A stretch of DNA of 64,000 bases from positions 4,640,001 to 4,704,000 of the forward strand of contig CBDCNP010000002.1 of assembly GCA_965219415.1 (NCBI GenBank), in the 5' to 3' direction. The translations under genes and the position numbers were made by a program. The notes under the pieces are model-generated. The model had not been told where the DNA came from and ran no database searches. It saw only the letters and a program-made list of their open reading frames with translations. This DNA is from Candidatus Marinacidobacterales bacterium (GTDB taxonomy: Bacteria; Acidobacteriota; Vicinamibacteria; Marinacidobacterales; DATDRI01). This document shows, piece after piece, positions 19,596 to 29,542 of the stretch; the stretch's first letter is position 1; each line of letters starts with the position of its first letter.

Positions 19596-22229
19596 TCAGG
19601 ATTGACTCTCGATAACAGCGACCATTTGCTGAGGCCGTTGTTCGAGCACAATCTCAAGATCCGTTTGAGCTTCTAGGTTCTGAATCAGAAGGTCGATCTG
19701 CGTCGTGCTATAGGCGGAGTTGTGAAGTAGCACCTCGTAAGGTTCCGTAGCGCTCCCAGAGGTTTCGTCGACAACGGGCATCCCCAAGTGATCTGCCAAC
19801 ATCTCGGTTAGATCCTCAGCGTCCACGACCGAATCACCACCACCACCTCGATCCTCGTTCTTCGCATGCGTAAACACGTGGAGGACCCGTGCCCCGTCCC
19901 ATACGTCATCGAGCGGAATGGTTCCGATTGTGCCTCTCAAGACAAGCGTCTTTGTCGGCTCAGAGGTTGCTTCGAAACCGATGCTTAGGTCGAACTTCTC
20001 CTTCAGGATATCCCCTAGCTCAGCCAAGAGTTCTAGGCGAGGAGCACCCTCTCGCATTATGATGTCCGTCTCGATCAAGATACGCTCGGCAGTTTCCTCG
20101 AAGCGAACGGTGTGAGGTGGAAAACCGATATTATAGAGAACGTCAAGAAGGTTGTTGCAACCGCCGCACGAGCCCCTGTACATAGGGCGACCGTCCTGCC
20201 ACAGAATGATCATCTGGTCCGGCGCACTCGGTATGGCCCGGGCCTGACGGGGGCTACCGGTGCGATAGAAGAGCATCCGCTCCGGCGGATGAGGGGGCGG
20301 AAGAAGATCGAGGTTCTGACCGTCTTCCAGCCGATAGACCTCCGAAAATCTTCGATCTAGCTCTTCCTCACTTCCCGCAGCGCGGGTCGCGACCTGGAGG
20401 CCTTGCGTCGAAAGGCGCAGGTCGAGCATTGCGTATACTCGGACCGGCAAGCCATCATCCAGCAGGACCGGCTCGAAGCGGAAGGTCTCAACATATGGAA
20501 GCAACTCCGCTGGTGGCGGCACCGTCGGGCCGTCGGGCCAGTCGGGGGGTGGATCTGGCTCTGCGGATTCGACGTTCCCGCTCCCATCTATCGTGAGAAA
20601 GAAGGACCAGATGAACTCCTCGTCGGTAGCCTCAAGGACCGGCAGATCACCCTTCTCGAGAATCTTGATGTACCTTGGCCTTTCCCAAGTCAGCGGAGTG
20701 TCTGAATCAGGAACGACGTTGGAAACCTCTACGACCTCGTCGCCGATGAGCGGCTGGCCAGCATCATAGAGTGACCTCCGCTCCGGTTTAGGATTAATGA
20801 GGTAATCGACCTCCATCTCTACCATGACGGGACCACGATCATAGTGAACCGTCGGTTCGAAACGAGCGGCGTTCAAAACATCCAGAAAAGGTTTTTGAAG
20901 GTCCCCGGCCACCTCTTCTGAGCAGCGAACACCTACGACGTGGCCTTGTGGATTGACGAAAAACCGGCAGCTCAAGCGTCCCAGCTCTTTGAGCCTGTCG
21001 AACAGTCGTGGGTCTTCAGCTGCCAGCCTGTCCGCGTCTGGTTTCCACGGCGTCATCGATTCCCCGAGTGTGAAATCTCCGGTTAACCTGATTCTCTCAG
21101 AGCCCTCCAGTTCATCTATCGACTCAGCAAAAAAGGCGTCACGCGACCACATCGTGGCATAGATCCGTGACTCTGACTCCAGCTGCCCCTCCGTGGGTGA
21201 ACCAGCCTCCATAGACAGAGCGACGCCAAGGCCGACACCAAGAATGAGCCCGGACAACGGCAAGAACCCCAGCTTGGGATTGGGGTTGTATTTGGGTTGC
21301 AACATGCGTTGGAGACGTCTTGCTAGCGGTCGTTTGGCCGTCACCATCCGAAGCACCGGAGCCAAGATGCTCGGAGGCTGTTCCTCGACCAAACGCAAAA
21401 GACTCCTCATGTAGAGGCTCTTCTTTCCACCAAGACGCTGAACCACGGCGTCGTCACAAGCCTTCTCTCGCTCTTCGCGAAGACAGCGATTCACCCACCA
21501 AACAGCTGGATGGAAAAAGTAGAAGATCTGAAGAAGGTTCCCGAGTGCGCGCGCCATCGGGTCCCACCGTTTGAGGTGGACCATCTCATGGAGCAATACC
21601 GAATCAAGTTCTTCGCAATGCCAGTTTCGAACGAGGGCCGCCGGCAGGAGCAAGCGGGGCCTCAGGAAACCTTGAATCGCGGGTCCCCCCAGCACATCGT
21701 CCTCAACGACCCAGGCGCTCACACCTCGCCGTATACCGACCTCATGCCGGATAGCTTCGATTCGCTCGTGAAGCTTCGGCGGTAGAGGCGCCATCGCTGA
21801 CCGGACACGCCTTCGGCGTCGAACGCTTCGAGCCAAGTGAATCCCTACAAGAAAGATCACGATGCCAGCCCAGGCGGTAAAAACCGTGAGGGGAGTGGAC
21901 GCGCCCGTAGATGATTTCGGGGTTGAGCTGGTAATGGTTTCTTGGGAAGGGGACGTCCCGGGAGACGCTTTCGGCGCTGAGCGTATCCCACCGTGGGAAT
22001 CCACGACTCCCGTTGGTGAGGTGGATGGCGGCAGGACTCCGAACGGGGACGTTATGCCCGCGGGGAGCGCTAGACGCAAAAGAACTATCAGCCAAACCAG
22101 GTAACGCACCCTCGGGGTTAACGGCCGTAGCACGGCAAGCAGCAATGCCACGACGCCGACGAGCACCGTGAACTGAAGGCTTACGGAGAGCATCCCGTCG
22201 AGCCACTGGCTTGCCACCTCCGCGCTCAT
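19596..22229 (-). CDS. BlaR1/M56 peptidase sensor with extracytoplasmic TonB-C-like and DUF3738/TIGR03435-like regions
   Basis: HEMVH zinc motif, FFHPAVWW...EREKACDD; C-terminal LADHLGMPVVDET. Confidence 0.85.
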   Translation of the reverse strand: MSAEVASQWLDGMLSVSLQFTVLVGVVALLLAVLRPLTPRVRYLVWLIVLLRLALPAGITSPFGVLPPSTSPTGVVDSHGGIRSAPKASPGTSPSQETITSSTPKSSTGASTPLTVFTAWAGIVIFLVGIHLARSVRRRRRVRSAMAPLPPKLHERIEAIRHEVGIRRGVSAWVVEDDVLGGPAIQGFLRPRLLLPAALVRNWHCEELDSVLLHEMVHLKRWDPMARALGNLLQIFYFFHPAVWWVNRCLREEREKACDDAVVQRLGGKKSLYMRSLLRLVEEQPPSILAPVLRMVTAKRPLARRLQRMLQPKYNPNPKLGFLPLSGLILGVGLGVALSMEAGSPTEGQLESESRIYATMWSRDAFFAESIDELEGSERIRLTGDFTLGESMTPWKPDADRLAAEDPRLFDRLKELGRLSCRFFVNPQGHVVGVRCSEEVAGDLQKPFLDVLNAARFEPTVHYDRGPVMVEMEVDYLINPKPERRSLYDAGQPLIGDEVVEVSNVVPDSDTPLTWERPRYIKILEKGDLPVLEATDEEFIWSFFLTIDGSGNVESAEPDPPPDWPDGPTVPPPAELLPYVETFRFEPVLLDDGLPVRVYAMLDLRLSTQGLQVATRAAGSEEELDRRFSEVYRLEDGQNLDLLPPPHPPERMLFYRTGSPRQARAIPSAPDQMIILWQDGRPMYRGSCGGCNNLLDVLYNIGFPPHTVRFEETAERILIETDIIMREGAPRLELLAELGDILKEKFDLSIGFEATSEPTKTLVLRGTIGTIPLDDVWDGARVLHVFTHAKNEDRGGGGDSVVDAEDLTEMLADHLGMPVVDETSGSATEPYEVLLHNSAYSTTQIDLLIQNLEAQTDLEIVLEQRPQQMVAVIESQS

Positions 22230-22618
22230 AAGTTTTCCTCTTTTTCCAGCTGATGACGGAAAAAGCGAACCTCTTCTTCGCTGAGGTCGTCGCGCTCCGC
22301 GAGGTGGAGATAGACAGGAGTGACAGAACGTTCGAGCACATTGTCGACGAACTCCGCAACGGCTTCAGAGAATGCACGTTGACGTCTGACCGCGGGTGTG
22401 TAGACGCTCAAGCGGTCTAGCTTCCCCAAACGCAGAAACCCCTTCGCAGCAATACGGTCGAGAAGGGTTCTTATCGTCCGATAGTCTCGCCGGCCGTCCG
22501 ACGCCTCGTAAACCTGCCGCGCGGTTGCTCGTCCCAATCTCCAACACAGCAGCATGACCGTCCACTCGGTCTTGGAAAGTGGACGTCGGGGTTTCGAATG
22601 TTTCTTTCTCTTTTTCAT
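22226..22618 (-). CDS. BlaI/MecI/CopY-family repressor
   Basis: LSKTEWTVM...W...YRTIRTLLDRIAAKG; 4-bp overlap with the M56 gene; start reassigned to ATG 22618. Confidence 0.85.
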   Translation of the reverse strand: MKKRKKHSKPRRPLSKTEWTVMLLCWRLGRATARQVYEASDGRRDYRTIRTLLDRIAAKGFLRLGKLDRLSVYTPAVRRQRAFSEAVAEFVDNVLERSVTPVYLHLAERDDLSEEEVRFFRHQLEKEENL

Positions 22619-22625
22619 GTGGACA

Positions 22626-22654
22626 GATATACTACAGACGTAATAGGCTGTCAA
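22626..22654 (-). promoter_or_regulatory. Sigma70-type promoter with a BlaI/Cop-box-like operator in the spacer
   Basis: TTGACA-17 nt-TATATC on the - strand; TACAGACGTA (22633-22642) resembles TACAnnTGTA. Confidence 0.65.
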
Positions 22655-22675
22655 GATGACGAGGATGAAAAGTAA

Positions 22676-22882
22676 AGGTTTGAGCTGCAGCTTCGCCGAC
22701 GAGAGCGTGGGAACCAGGAGACTCACGACATGGACAACGAACACATCCGTGCCCTGGCGCACGGGTTGCCGCCCACCGGCCGGGAAGGCATCGGAGTCGA
22801 TCGACTGATCATGATCTGTACCGACTGGCGATCCGTCCGCGACGTCATTCTCTTTCTTCACATGCGTCCTGAGACTCTTTAG
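22676..22882 (+). pseudogene. lysS: Degenerate 3' fragment of lysyl-tRNA synthetase
   Basis: RFELQ...[50 protein letters not shown], LysRS class II motif 3 and C-terminus. Confidence 0.8.
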
Positions 22883-23199
22883 TCGACCTCCATGCCTTAC
22901 GAATGGTGCTTCCGCCATCAAGTGTTGGTGGCTGCCGCGTAACCCGCTCGTGTGCTAGAGTTTGAGCTTGATTTCGAGAGACGCAGTTCTTTCGGCGATG
23001 CGGGTTGGGCTGACCACACGGTGCCTGACGTTCAGAGACACCTTCGTGTGCACGCCGACATCCTTATTAATGGCGTTCGCCGACACAGGCAGGCCAGTTG
23101 ACACTAGCATTCAAACACGGCGTAGCAACATATCTGGACTCCTCTAGTCAAGCCCCTTTCTTTCTAGTCACGCCCCTTTCTTAATAAATCTTCCATCGA

Positions 23200-23400
23200 A
23201 GCTGCGCATCCATCGCGTCGTGACGAGTGGGTCAGACTGCAAACGTATCTTCGGCCTCAGTGAGGAGCGTCTTGGGTGCTCCGGGCCATGATGGAAAATC
23301 CGCGCGCGAGGAGCCAATCACTTTGAACGACCTCTTAGGGCCAGTGTTGCTATTGGCTTGACCCCGCGCCGGTCCGACCGGTACGCCATCAGTTGGATGG
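23200..23400 (-). ncRNA. Predicted bridge/seek RNA of the IS1111-like element (also about 29592-29792 and 47313-47513)
   Basis: RNA-sense guides TAGCAACA (23352-23345), AAGTG (23323-23319), TTCCATCAT (23296-23288), AGATA (23250-23246) match target and donor halves; closing stem AGCCAAT/ATTGGCT; boundaries approximate. Confidence 0.8.
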
Positions 23401-23460
23401 GTATCGTCGCAGCCTCTTTTGGAAGGGAAAAAGGAAAACACGAAAGTGGAGCCTCTAAAT

Positions 23461-24492
23461 CTAAGCGGCCACCGGCGACTGGAATTCACTCTCGCGGGTG
23501 GAGACGGCCCAGACGATCCGGGCGAGTTTGTTGGCGACAGCAATCACGGCCTTGTTGTGTCCCCGCGAGCGGTGGACCTTCCGAGCCCAGGCGCGGAGCT
23601 TGTCGGGCGGGCTCTTGCTGACGTTCGCCGCGCGGAGCACGGCGCGCCCGCCCTGGGTGAGGAGCATACGGAGGTAGGAGTCGCCACGCTTGGTGATGCG
23701 TCCGAGGCGGCGAATGTCGCCACTGGAGTTTTCCTTGGGAACTAGGCCGAGGTAGCTCGAGAAGCGGCGCCCCGATGGGAAGCGGCGAAGATCGCCGACG
23801 AAGCCCACGATGGCGGTCGCGGCCAGAAGTCCGATGCCGGGAATGGCGAGAAGTCGTTGGACTTCAGGAAGCTGCTTGGTGAGCGCCTTGAGCTCGTGCT
23901 CGATGCTAGCGCACTTGTCCTTGAGTTCTCGAATCTCGGAGCAGGCATCACGGAGATGCGAACGGAGCACGTCGGGCAAATCAGAATCAGCGTCTTCGAC
24001 GAGTTCGAAGAGGGCGGGCACGACGAAGTGAGCGCCCTTTGGGATGATGAATCCGAGTTCGCGCAGGAGCCCGCGTACGGCATTGATGCGTGCGGTCCGT
24101 GTGGAGAGCCATCCTGAGCGCAGGCGATGGAGCGCAGCGAGGGTGTGCTGGTGCACGGACTTGATGGGTACGGGAAGAAGCTCCTCGTTCCTGTAGGCCT
24201 CGAGCAACGCCTTCGTGTCGGCGCGGTCGTTCTTGCTCCCGCGTCGATACGGCCTCACGAGGTGAGGTGGGAGCAGGACGACGTCGTGTCCCAACCTTCG
24301 GAACGTCCTTGCCCAGAAGTGAGCCGAGCCGCAGGCTTCGAGAAGCACGGTGGCAGCGCTCTGTTTGGCAAAGAACGACACCAATTTGGGTCGACTCACA
24401 CGGAGTTGCTTGGACACCTTCCCCGCTTCTCCCGAGATGGCAATCTCGAAGACGTTCTTTGCAAGATCCACAGCGATTGTCGTATCTTTCAT
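23461..24492 (-). CDS. IS110/IS1111 recombinase, 343 aa
   Basis: AVDLAK, LEACG, KNDRAD, GLVPKENSSG; AGGAGG RBS before ATG 24492. Confidence 0.95.
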   Translation of the reverse strand: MKDTTIAVDLAKNVFEIAISGEAGKVSKQLRVSRPKLVSFFAKQSAATVLLEACGSAHFWARTFRRLGHDVVLLPPHLVRPYRRGSKNDRADTKALLEAYRNEELLPVPIKSVHQHTLAALHRLRSGWLSTRTARINAVRGLLRELGFIIPKGAHFVVPALFELVEDADSDLPDVLRSHLRDACSEIRELKDKCASIEHELKALTKQLPEVQRLLAIPGIGLLAATAIVGFVGDLRRFPSGRRFSSYLGLVPKENSSGDIRRLGRITKRGDSYLRMLLTQGGRAVLRAANVSKSPPDKLRAWARKVHRSRGHNKAVIAVANKLARIVWAVSTRESEFQSPVAA

Positions 24493-24593
24493 TCGGACTC
24501 CTCCTTTTCGATGCGTATTCGACTGACTTTGGCACATCGATGCCGTCTATGTCAGTGGAGGAGTCCATTCCATCACTTGATGGCGGAAGCACC

Positions 24594-24934
24594 CGCTCTT
24601 GGCGTGGAGTGCGCCCGCGACCGCCACTAGAACCAGTGTAAGTCCGCCGAAGACGGCGGACTTACACGTGAGAAGCGTCCCTCCGGCGGCTATCTGGAAA
24701 GAGGGCGCGTGCCCCAGCCACCAAGAAAGCATGGGCAATGCTGGTGCACCCGTACGTTCGTGGTCCATCGGGGTTCCAAGCGAACCCATTTCCGGCCAGA
24801 ATATTGTCGGTGTAGCGCAGAAACATATAGGCATCGTCGACCCTGGTGCTCTCGGCCGCGAGCATCCGATACGCGTAAAACCCGACCATCTCCACCATCA
24901 GCAGCGGAATGACGAGAGTGGGCGTCCACCTCAT
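24594..24934 (-). pseudogene. 5' fragment of a second AftB-like GT-C gene, cut by an IS1 end
   Basis: VDDAYMFLRYTDNILAGNGFAWN...YGCTS. Confidence 0.7.
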
Positions 24935-25115
24935 CGTCGTCCGACCGGGATTCGCTCCGAGGTGGGCACCGCTTCTGCAAGCAGGGACGAATCCATATGT
25001 TTCAAAAGGACTTGCTATACCACTCGCGCACCCCGGGGGTGGAGCCGCTGGATTGGCCGTTTGCAGCGTAAACGTTATAAAGTGTAGCTTCCGTCGAAGC
25101 GTAAGGAGGTTTTCC

Positions 25116-25841
25116 CTGAGCCCGAGTGTTGCGGTCGCTATTCCCTGCTACAACGAAGCAACCACTATCGCCAAAATCGTACGTGACTTCCGCCGGGTCC
25201 TTCCCCAAGGGGAGATTTGCGTTTTCGACAACGCTTCCACAGACGAAACGGCCGAACGAGCCCGAGAGGCCGGTGCTCGAGTTGTCGCGGAACCGAGACG
25301 CGGCAAAGGCTTCGTCGTGCAACGGGTCTTCGAGATCGTGGATGCTGACATCTGTGTCCTCGTCGACGGCGACGACACCTATTTCGCCGAGGATCTCGAC
25401 ACGCTGCTCGCGCCCATTCTTGCGGGCGAAGCCGACATGGTCGTGGGAAACCGTCTCGTAAACGCTTCAGCCGAAGCACTCACCGGGTTCCGGCGTTTCG
25501 GCAACCGGTTCTTCATCGGATTGGTGAATCTCTTGACGCGAACAACACTCCATGACGTGCTCTGCGGCTACCGGGCCATGAATCGCCGATTCCGCAAGGC
25601 GGTGCAGCTGCAGAGTAGCGGCTTCGAGATCGAGACCGAGCTGACGTTACGCGCGGTGCGGGAAGGTATGGCGATCCGGGAAGTTCCGATCGGCTACCGC
25701 GAGCGTCCCACGGGCAGCTACTCGAAGCTGAGCCCGGTGAAAGACGGCTTGCGTATACTGTGGGTGATCACAGCGCAGCTCATTGGACTCCAAGAGCGTC
25801 CCCGGAAGTCGGCACGGAGCAACAACGCTCGCATCGACTAG
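25116..25841 (+). CDS. GT2 glycosyltransferase (polyprenol-phosphate sugar synthase-like); probable CTG start
   Basis: IPCYNE, DNASTD, GKG, DGDDTY, GFEIETE; AAGGAGG at 25103-25109 precedes an in-frame CTG. Confidence 0.85.
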   Translation: MSPSVAVAIPCYNEATTIAKIVRDFRRVLPQGEICVFDNASTDETAERAREAGARVVAEPRRGKGFVVQRVFEIVDADICVLVDGDDTYFAEDLDTLLAPILAGEADMVVGNRLVNASAEALTGFRRFGNRFFIGLVNLLTRTTLHDVLCGYRAMNRRFRKAVQLQSSGFEIETELTLRAVREGMAIREVPIGYRERPTGSYSKLSPVKDGLRILWVITAQLIGLQERPRKSARSNNARID

Positions 25842-25906
25842 CGCTCATCGCTTCCTTTCGTCGCCGAAGACGATCGGGATGCACCTTCGACTAGAATGAG
25901 CTAGGC

Positions 25907-28123
25907 GTGTCGACGGGACGATTTAACAACGTGAGCGCAGCTTCTATCTGGGAGCACCTCGCGTTTTTTCTGGGCTATCTCACTATTGCAGTGGTGCTCC
26001 TCGCACCCATGAGCTTGTCCCCGGCGAACCGCCTCGCCGACGACGGGGACTCGTTACAAGGCCTGTGGATTATCTGGTGGGGATCGAGCCACCTTTTTCC
26101 CGAGCTGGGACAACTCTTCGACGCCAACTCCTACTACCCTCACCCGCTCGGACTAGCCTATTCCGAACCGATGCTCACCGAGGCGATCCTCGTTTGGCCG
26201 CTGTTCGAGGCGATCTCGAATCGGGTGCTCGCCATCAACGTCCTGACTTTCCTGAGCCTCGCGTCGGCTGCGTTCGCATGTCACTTGCTCGTTCGAGAGC
26301 TGACCGAAAGCCGTATGGCCGCGTTTGTGGCCGCTCTGTTCTACGCGTTCAACTCCTACGTGCTCTCCCACCTCGCGCAGCTTCAGCTCGTCTCGGTTCA
26401 ATGGATTCCGTTGGCGCTATTCTTCCTTCATCGCTCGTGCACCCGGAGCCAGGCGCGCTACGCGCTCGCGTTCGCGGCGACGATCACCCTCCTCGGTTTG
26501 TCGAGCTTCTACTACCTCGCTTTTTTCTCTATTGCGCTCGCGATCGTGTTACCAGCGTACTTGTTCTCATGCCGTGCCTGGCGGCACCTTCGCCAACTCG
26601 GCCTCCTGGCCGCGGGCGGGCTCGTGAGCGCCATCATCGTTTTCGTGGTGGCGTCGCGCTACCAAGAGCTCTTCGAGCGATACGGTTTTACTGGCGAGCC
26701 AGCCACTCTCGACCTTTGGGCGTTTTTCGAGCCGCCTCCGGGAAGTCTTCTCTTCGACGACCTCGCCCCGTACCGCCTCACATCCTACTTTCTAGGTTAT
26801 GTCGCGGTCGGGCTCGGCATCTGGGGTGTCTTTAGTCTGATACGCGACCGCAAGACGGCGACGAGTGGAGCCCCACTCATCGTCTGGCTCGCCTTCGCAC
26901 TGACCGGCATTCTCGCTTTTTTCCTCGCCGCTGGTCCTCACCTATGGATTCAGGGGCAGTATGTCGGGGTCGGCCCGTTCGAGCTTCTCCGAATGGCCGC
27001 TCCGTTCGAAAGATTGAGAGAGCCGGCACGGATGGCGGTTCTGGTCTACTTGGCGCTCGCAGTGTTCCTCGGACGAGGCGTCGCCCAACTCTTCGGCCGA
27101 TTGTCGAGACAGAAGCAAATCGTCTGCGCTTTGCTCGCCGGCGGACTCGTCGTGGCGGAGCAATGGTCTCCGCGTCGAACTCAGGGTATGGAGATCCCCA
27201 CTGGAGACGCGCTACCATCGGCGTACGAGTGGCTCCGTGATTACCCCGAGGCCGGAGCGGTGGCCGAGCTTCCGGTCCGTCGGTTCCACGAGATTCGAAA
27301 AACGTCGCTCGAAGCCTATTTCTCTACGTTCCATGAACGTCCCATCCTGTTCTCGAAGCCGAGCTTCTATCCGCCGGCGATGGAGCTATTGCAGTGGGAG
27401 CTCCGGGATTTCCCCGATGAACGCTCTTTGTACTTGCTGCGGGCGCTCGATGTCCGACTCGCGCTCGTCCATCCCAAACGCTGGGAAACGAACCGAAGGT
27501 TTCGAATGCGCCGCCTCGACCGCTTTGGCGACGCCATGACACTCCTGAGCACGTTCGAAGATCGAAGCGACCCATTGTGGGCCCACTACCAGCTCGGGGG
27601 CGAACGTCTATATCGGGTAGCATCGGAGGGGGAAGGACGAGACGACCTCGGACTCCCGCGCGAGTGCCACTGCCGGGAGATCGACCGGAGCACGTTTCGC
27701 CTCGAAGCCAATGGCGTGACCTCTCCGGAGCTAGCGATCGACGGAGACCGCCTCACCAAATGGACCACCGGTGAGGGACAGAGAGAGGGGTATTTTTTCG
27801 AGATCGCCTTCGATCGGCCGCAGCGTCCCGTGCGCGTCGAGATCGAGGTGGCGTTCCCCTACGGGGAGTTCGCGCGCAATCTGGAGATGAACGGCTACCG
27901 CGGCCAACGCGGCTACCGGGTAACACAGATCGAGGATCTCCCTTACAAAGCGGAGTTGATGCGACAGCTGGTCGAGCGACCGACCGAAGCACGGCTTCGC
28001 TACGATCTCGAGCCCATGCCGATGGAGCGCTTGCGTCTGTTCATCCACCGGACCGAGAGAGGTACGATTGGCTGGAGTATTCCCGAGATCCACGTGTACG
28101 AGCAGAGGGAAACGGCGCGTTGA
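25907..28123 (+). CDS. Polytopic GT-C/YfhO-like membrane protein with C-terminal discoidin (F5/8)-like domain
   Basis: FDANSYYPHPLGLAYSE, LREPARM, AYEWL...AELP, AIDGDRLTKWTT. Confidence 0.7.
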   Translation: MSTGRFNNVSAASIWEHLAFFLGYLTIAVVLLAPMSLSPANRLADDGDSLQGLWIIWWGSSHLFPELGQLFDANSYYPHPLGLAYSEPMLTEAILVWPLFEAISNRVLAINVLTFLSLASAAFACHLLVRELTESRMAAFVAALFYAFNSYVLSHLAQLQLVSVQWIPLALFFLHRSCTRSQARYALAFAATITLLGLSSFYYLAFFSIALAIVLPAYLFSCRAWRHLRQLGLLAAGGLVSAIIVFVVASRYQELFERYGFTGEPATLDLWAFFEPPPGSLLFDDLAPYRLTSYFLGYVAVGLGIWGVFSLIRDRKTATSGAPLIVWLAFALTGILAFFLAAGPHLWIQGQYVGVGPFELLRMAAPFERLREPARMAVLVYLALAVFLGRGVAQLFGRLSRQKQIVCALLAGGLVVAEQWSPRRTQGMEIPTGDALPSAYEWLRDYPEAGAVAELPVRRFHEIRKTSLEAYFSTFHERPILFSKPSFYPPAMELLQWELRDFPDERSLYLLRALDVRLALVHPKRWETNRRFRMRRLDRFGDAMTLLSTFEDRSDPLWAHYQLGGERLYRVASEGEGRDDLGLPRECHCREIDRSTFRLEANGVTSPELAIDGDRLTKWTTGEGQREGYFFEIAFDRPQRPVRVEIEVAFPYGEFARNLEMNGYRGQRGYRVTQIEDLPYKAELMRQLVERPTEARLRYDLEPMPMERLRLFIHRTERGTIGWSIPEIHVYEQRETAR

Positions 28124-28175
28124 CTACGTTTATCTAATCGTCGCGCCCACGTCTTGGAGAATCGCTTCCGTCCTG

Positions 28176-29170
28176 GATGTGTCCCGAGGTCCGTGGAAAA
28201 AGAACGGCGCCCTCCACTCCGTCATCAGAGTATCATATCAGGCGGCAACCTCCGCGTGTTCGAGAACCTCGCTCAGACGTTGGTAGCCGTCGATGCGTCG
28301 TAGTTGAATCTGGCCAGAGGCGATAAGCCCAAACAGCAAAGCGACCGCAGACTCCTCGCTGGAGAACGACGCTTGGGTTTTCGTCCGGCGTCGAAACTCG
28401 CGGTTGAGATTCTCCAGAGCTTTGGTCGTTCGAAACGATTTCCACATGGCACGAGGGAATTCGTAGAAGGTCAGCAGCTGATTACCGGCCTCCTCTAGGC
28501 TTCGGACGACGGCCGGCGCGAGAGGCGTCCACTTGGCGACGAGCTCGTCATAGGCTTTGCGAGCATCGATCCCGTTCTTGGCGTAGACGATCCGGTTGTA
28601 GTCACGCCGGAGCTCACGGCGTGCGTGCGCCGGGCAATGTTGGAGCAAGTTGGCGCGCTTGTGCTCGGTACATCGCTGCAACCGGCACCCCGGCCACTTC
28701 TCCAGCGCTTTCGTCAGCCCCCTGTGGCCGTCGCTGATCACTAGCTTGGGAGCCCGGAGTCCTCGAGCCTGGAGTCCCTCCAGCGCGGAGCCCCAATGCG
28801 TCGAGGCTTCGCTCACCGCCAGACGCAATGACAACAGACGTTTGTGCCCGTCTGGCGCGACCCCGAGCGCGGCCAGTACGGGTACGCTGATCACACGTTT
28901 CGCCATCCGCACTTTCAGGTGGAAGCCGTCCAGGTAAACGATCGCGTAGACCTCCTCGCTGAGAGCACGGTTCTGCCATTCCTCGAAGCGCTCCTTCAGC
29001 CGACTAACCACGCGAGACAGCGCGCTCTTCGATAGGTGCTCCTCACCGAGCAGTGGTTTCAGCGCTTTGCGGACCCGGCGGCTATTTGTGCCCGACAAGT
29101 ACGTCCCCAAGAGCGCCTCGTCGACCTCACGAGTCCGGCGCGCGTACCGGGGCAACAGGAACGACGATGA
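28176..29170 (-). pseudogene. IS256-family transposase, 5'-truncated, with right end (end sequence repeated at 56139-56159)
   Basis: VYLDG, VISDGHRGL, QRCTEH, RTTKALENLNREFRRRTK. Confidence 0.88.
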
Positions 29171-29542
29171 ACGAGATATGCTCTCAAGCATTGCTGGACC
29201 CTGATTGAGGCCGAATCCGAGGCAAGTAAGGACATCAAGGAGGCCCAAGCCCACTTGGACTAGAACGTGCTAGCCCGCTACGTCGCGGTAGCCCGGCCTC
29301 GATTCTGGGTTCCTCGGGTGGTCTCTTTTTCCGCCGCCGCACGGCCCCCGGTCAGCGCCTGGCTTCCCCTATTTGGCGCAGACGTGCGTGAGGTCAAAAT
29401 ACTCATGCGGCTTCCCGATGGTAGAAACGTAGCAGCCCGCCAAGCCGTTCACGGGAGCGCACCTTGCGCTCGGACTGAGGTAACTGGTTGCTGGCTGGGC
29501 ACAGCACACTAGCCTTCAAATGCCTCTAGCGGCGTAGCAACA

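Larger units (their letters stand above)
23131..24575 (-). mobile_element. IS1111-like (IS110 family) element, copy 1 (1445 bp)
   Basis: Sub-terminal IRs TGGACTCCTC/GAGGAGTCCA; CA core at both junctions; long non-coding end downstream of tnp. Confidence 0.95.
22905..24593 (+). mobile_element. Internally deleted IS1-family element with IS1111 inserted in its right IR
   Basis: IRL GGTGCTTCCGCCATCAAGTGTTG; residual tnp 3' sequence (GLTTR.LTFRD); IRR split at CA. Confidence 0.85.

Noticed and set aside
22619-22921. Long N-terminal extension on BlaI
   Set aside because: It is the promoter plus the antisense strand of the lysS fragment and an IS1 IR
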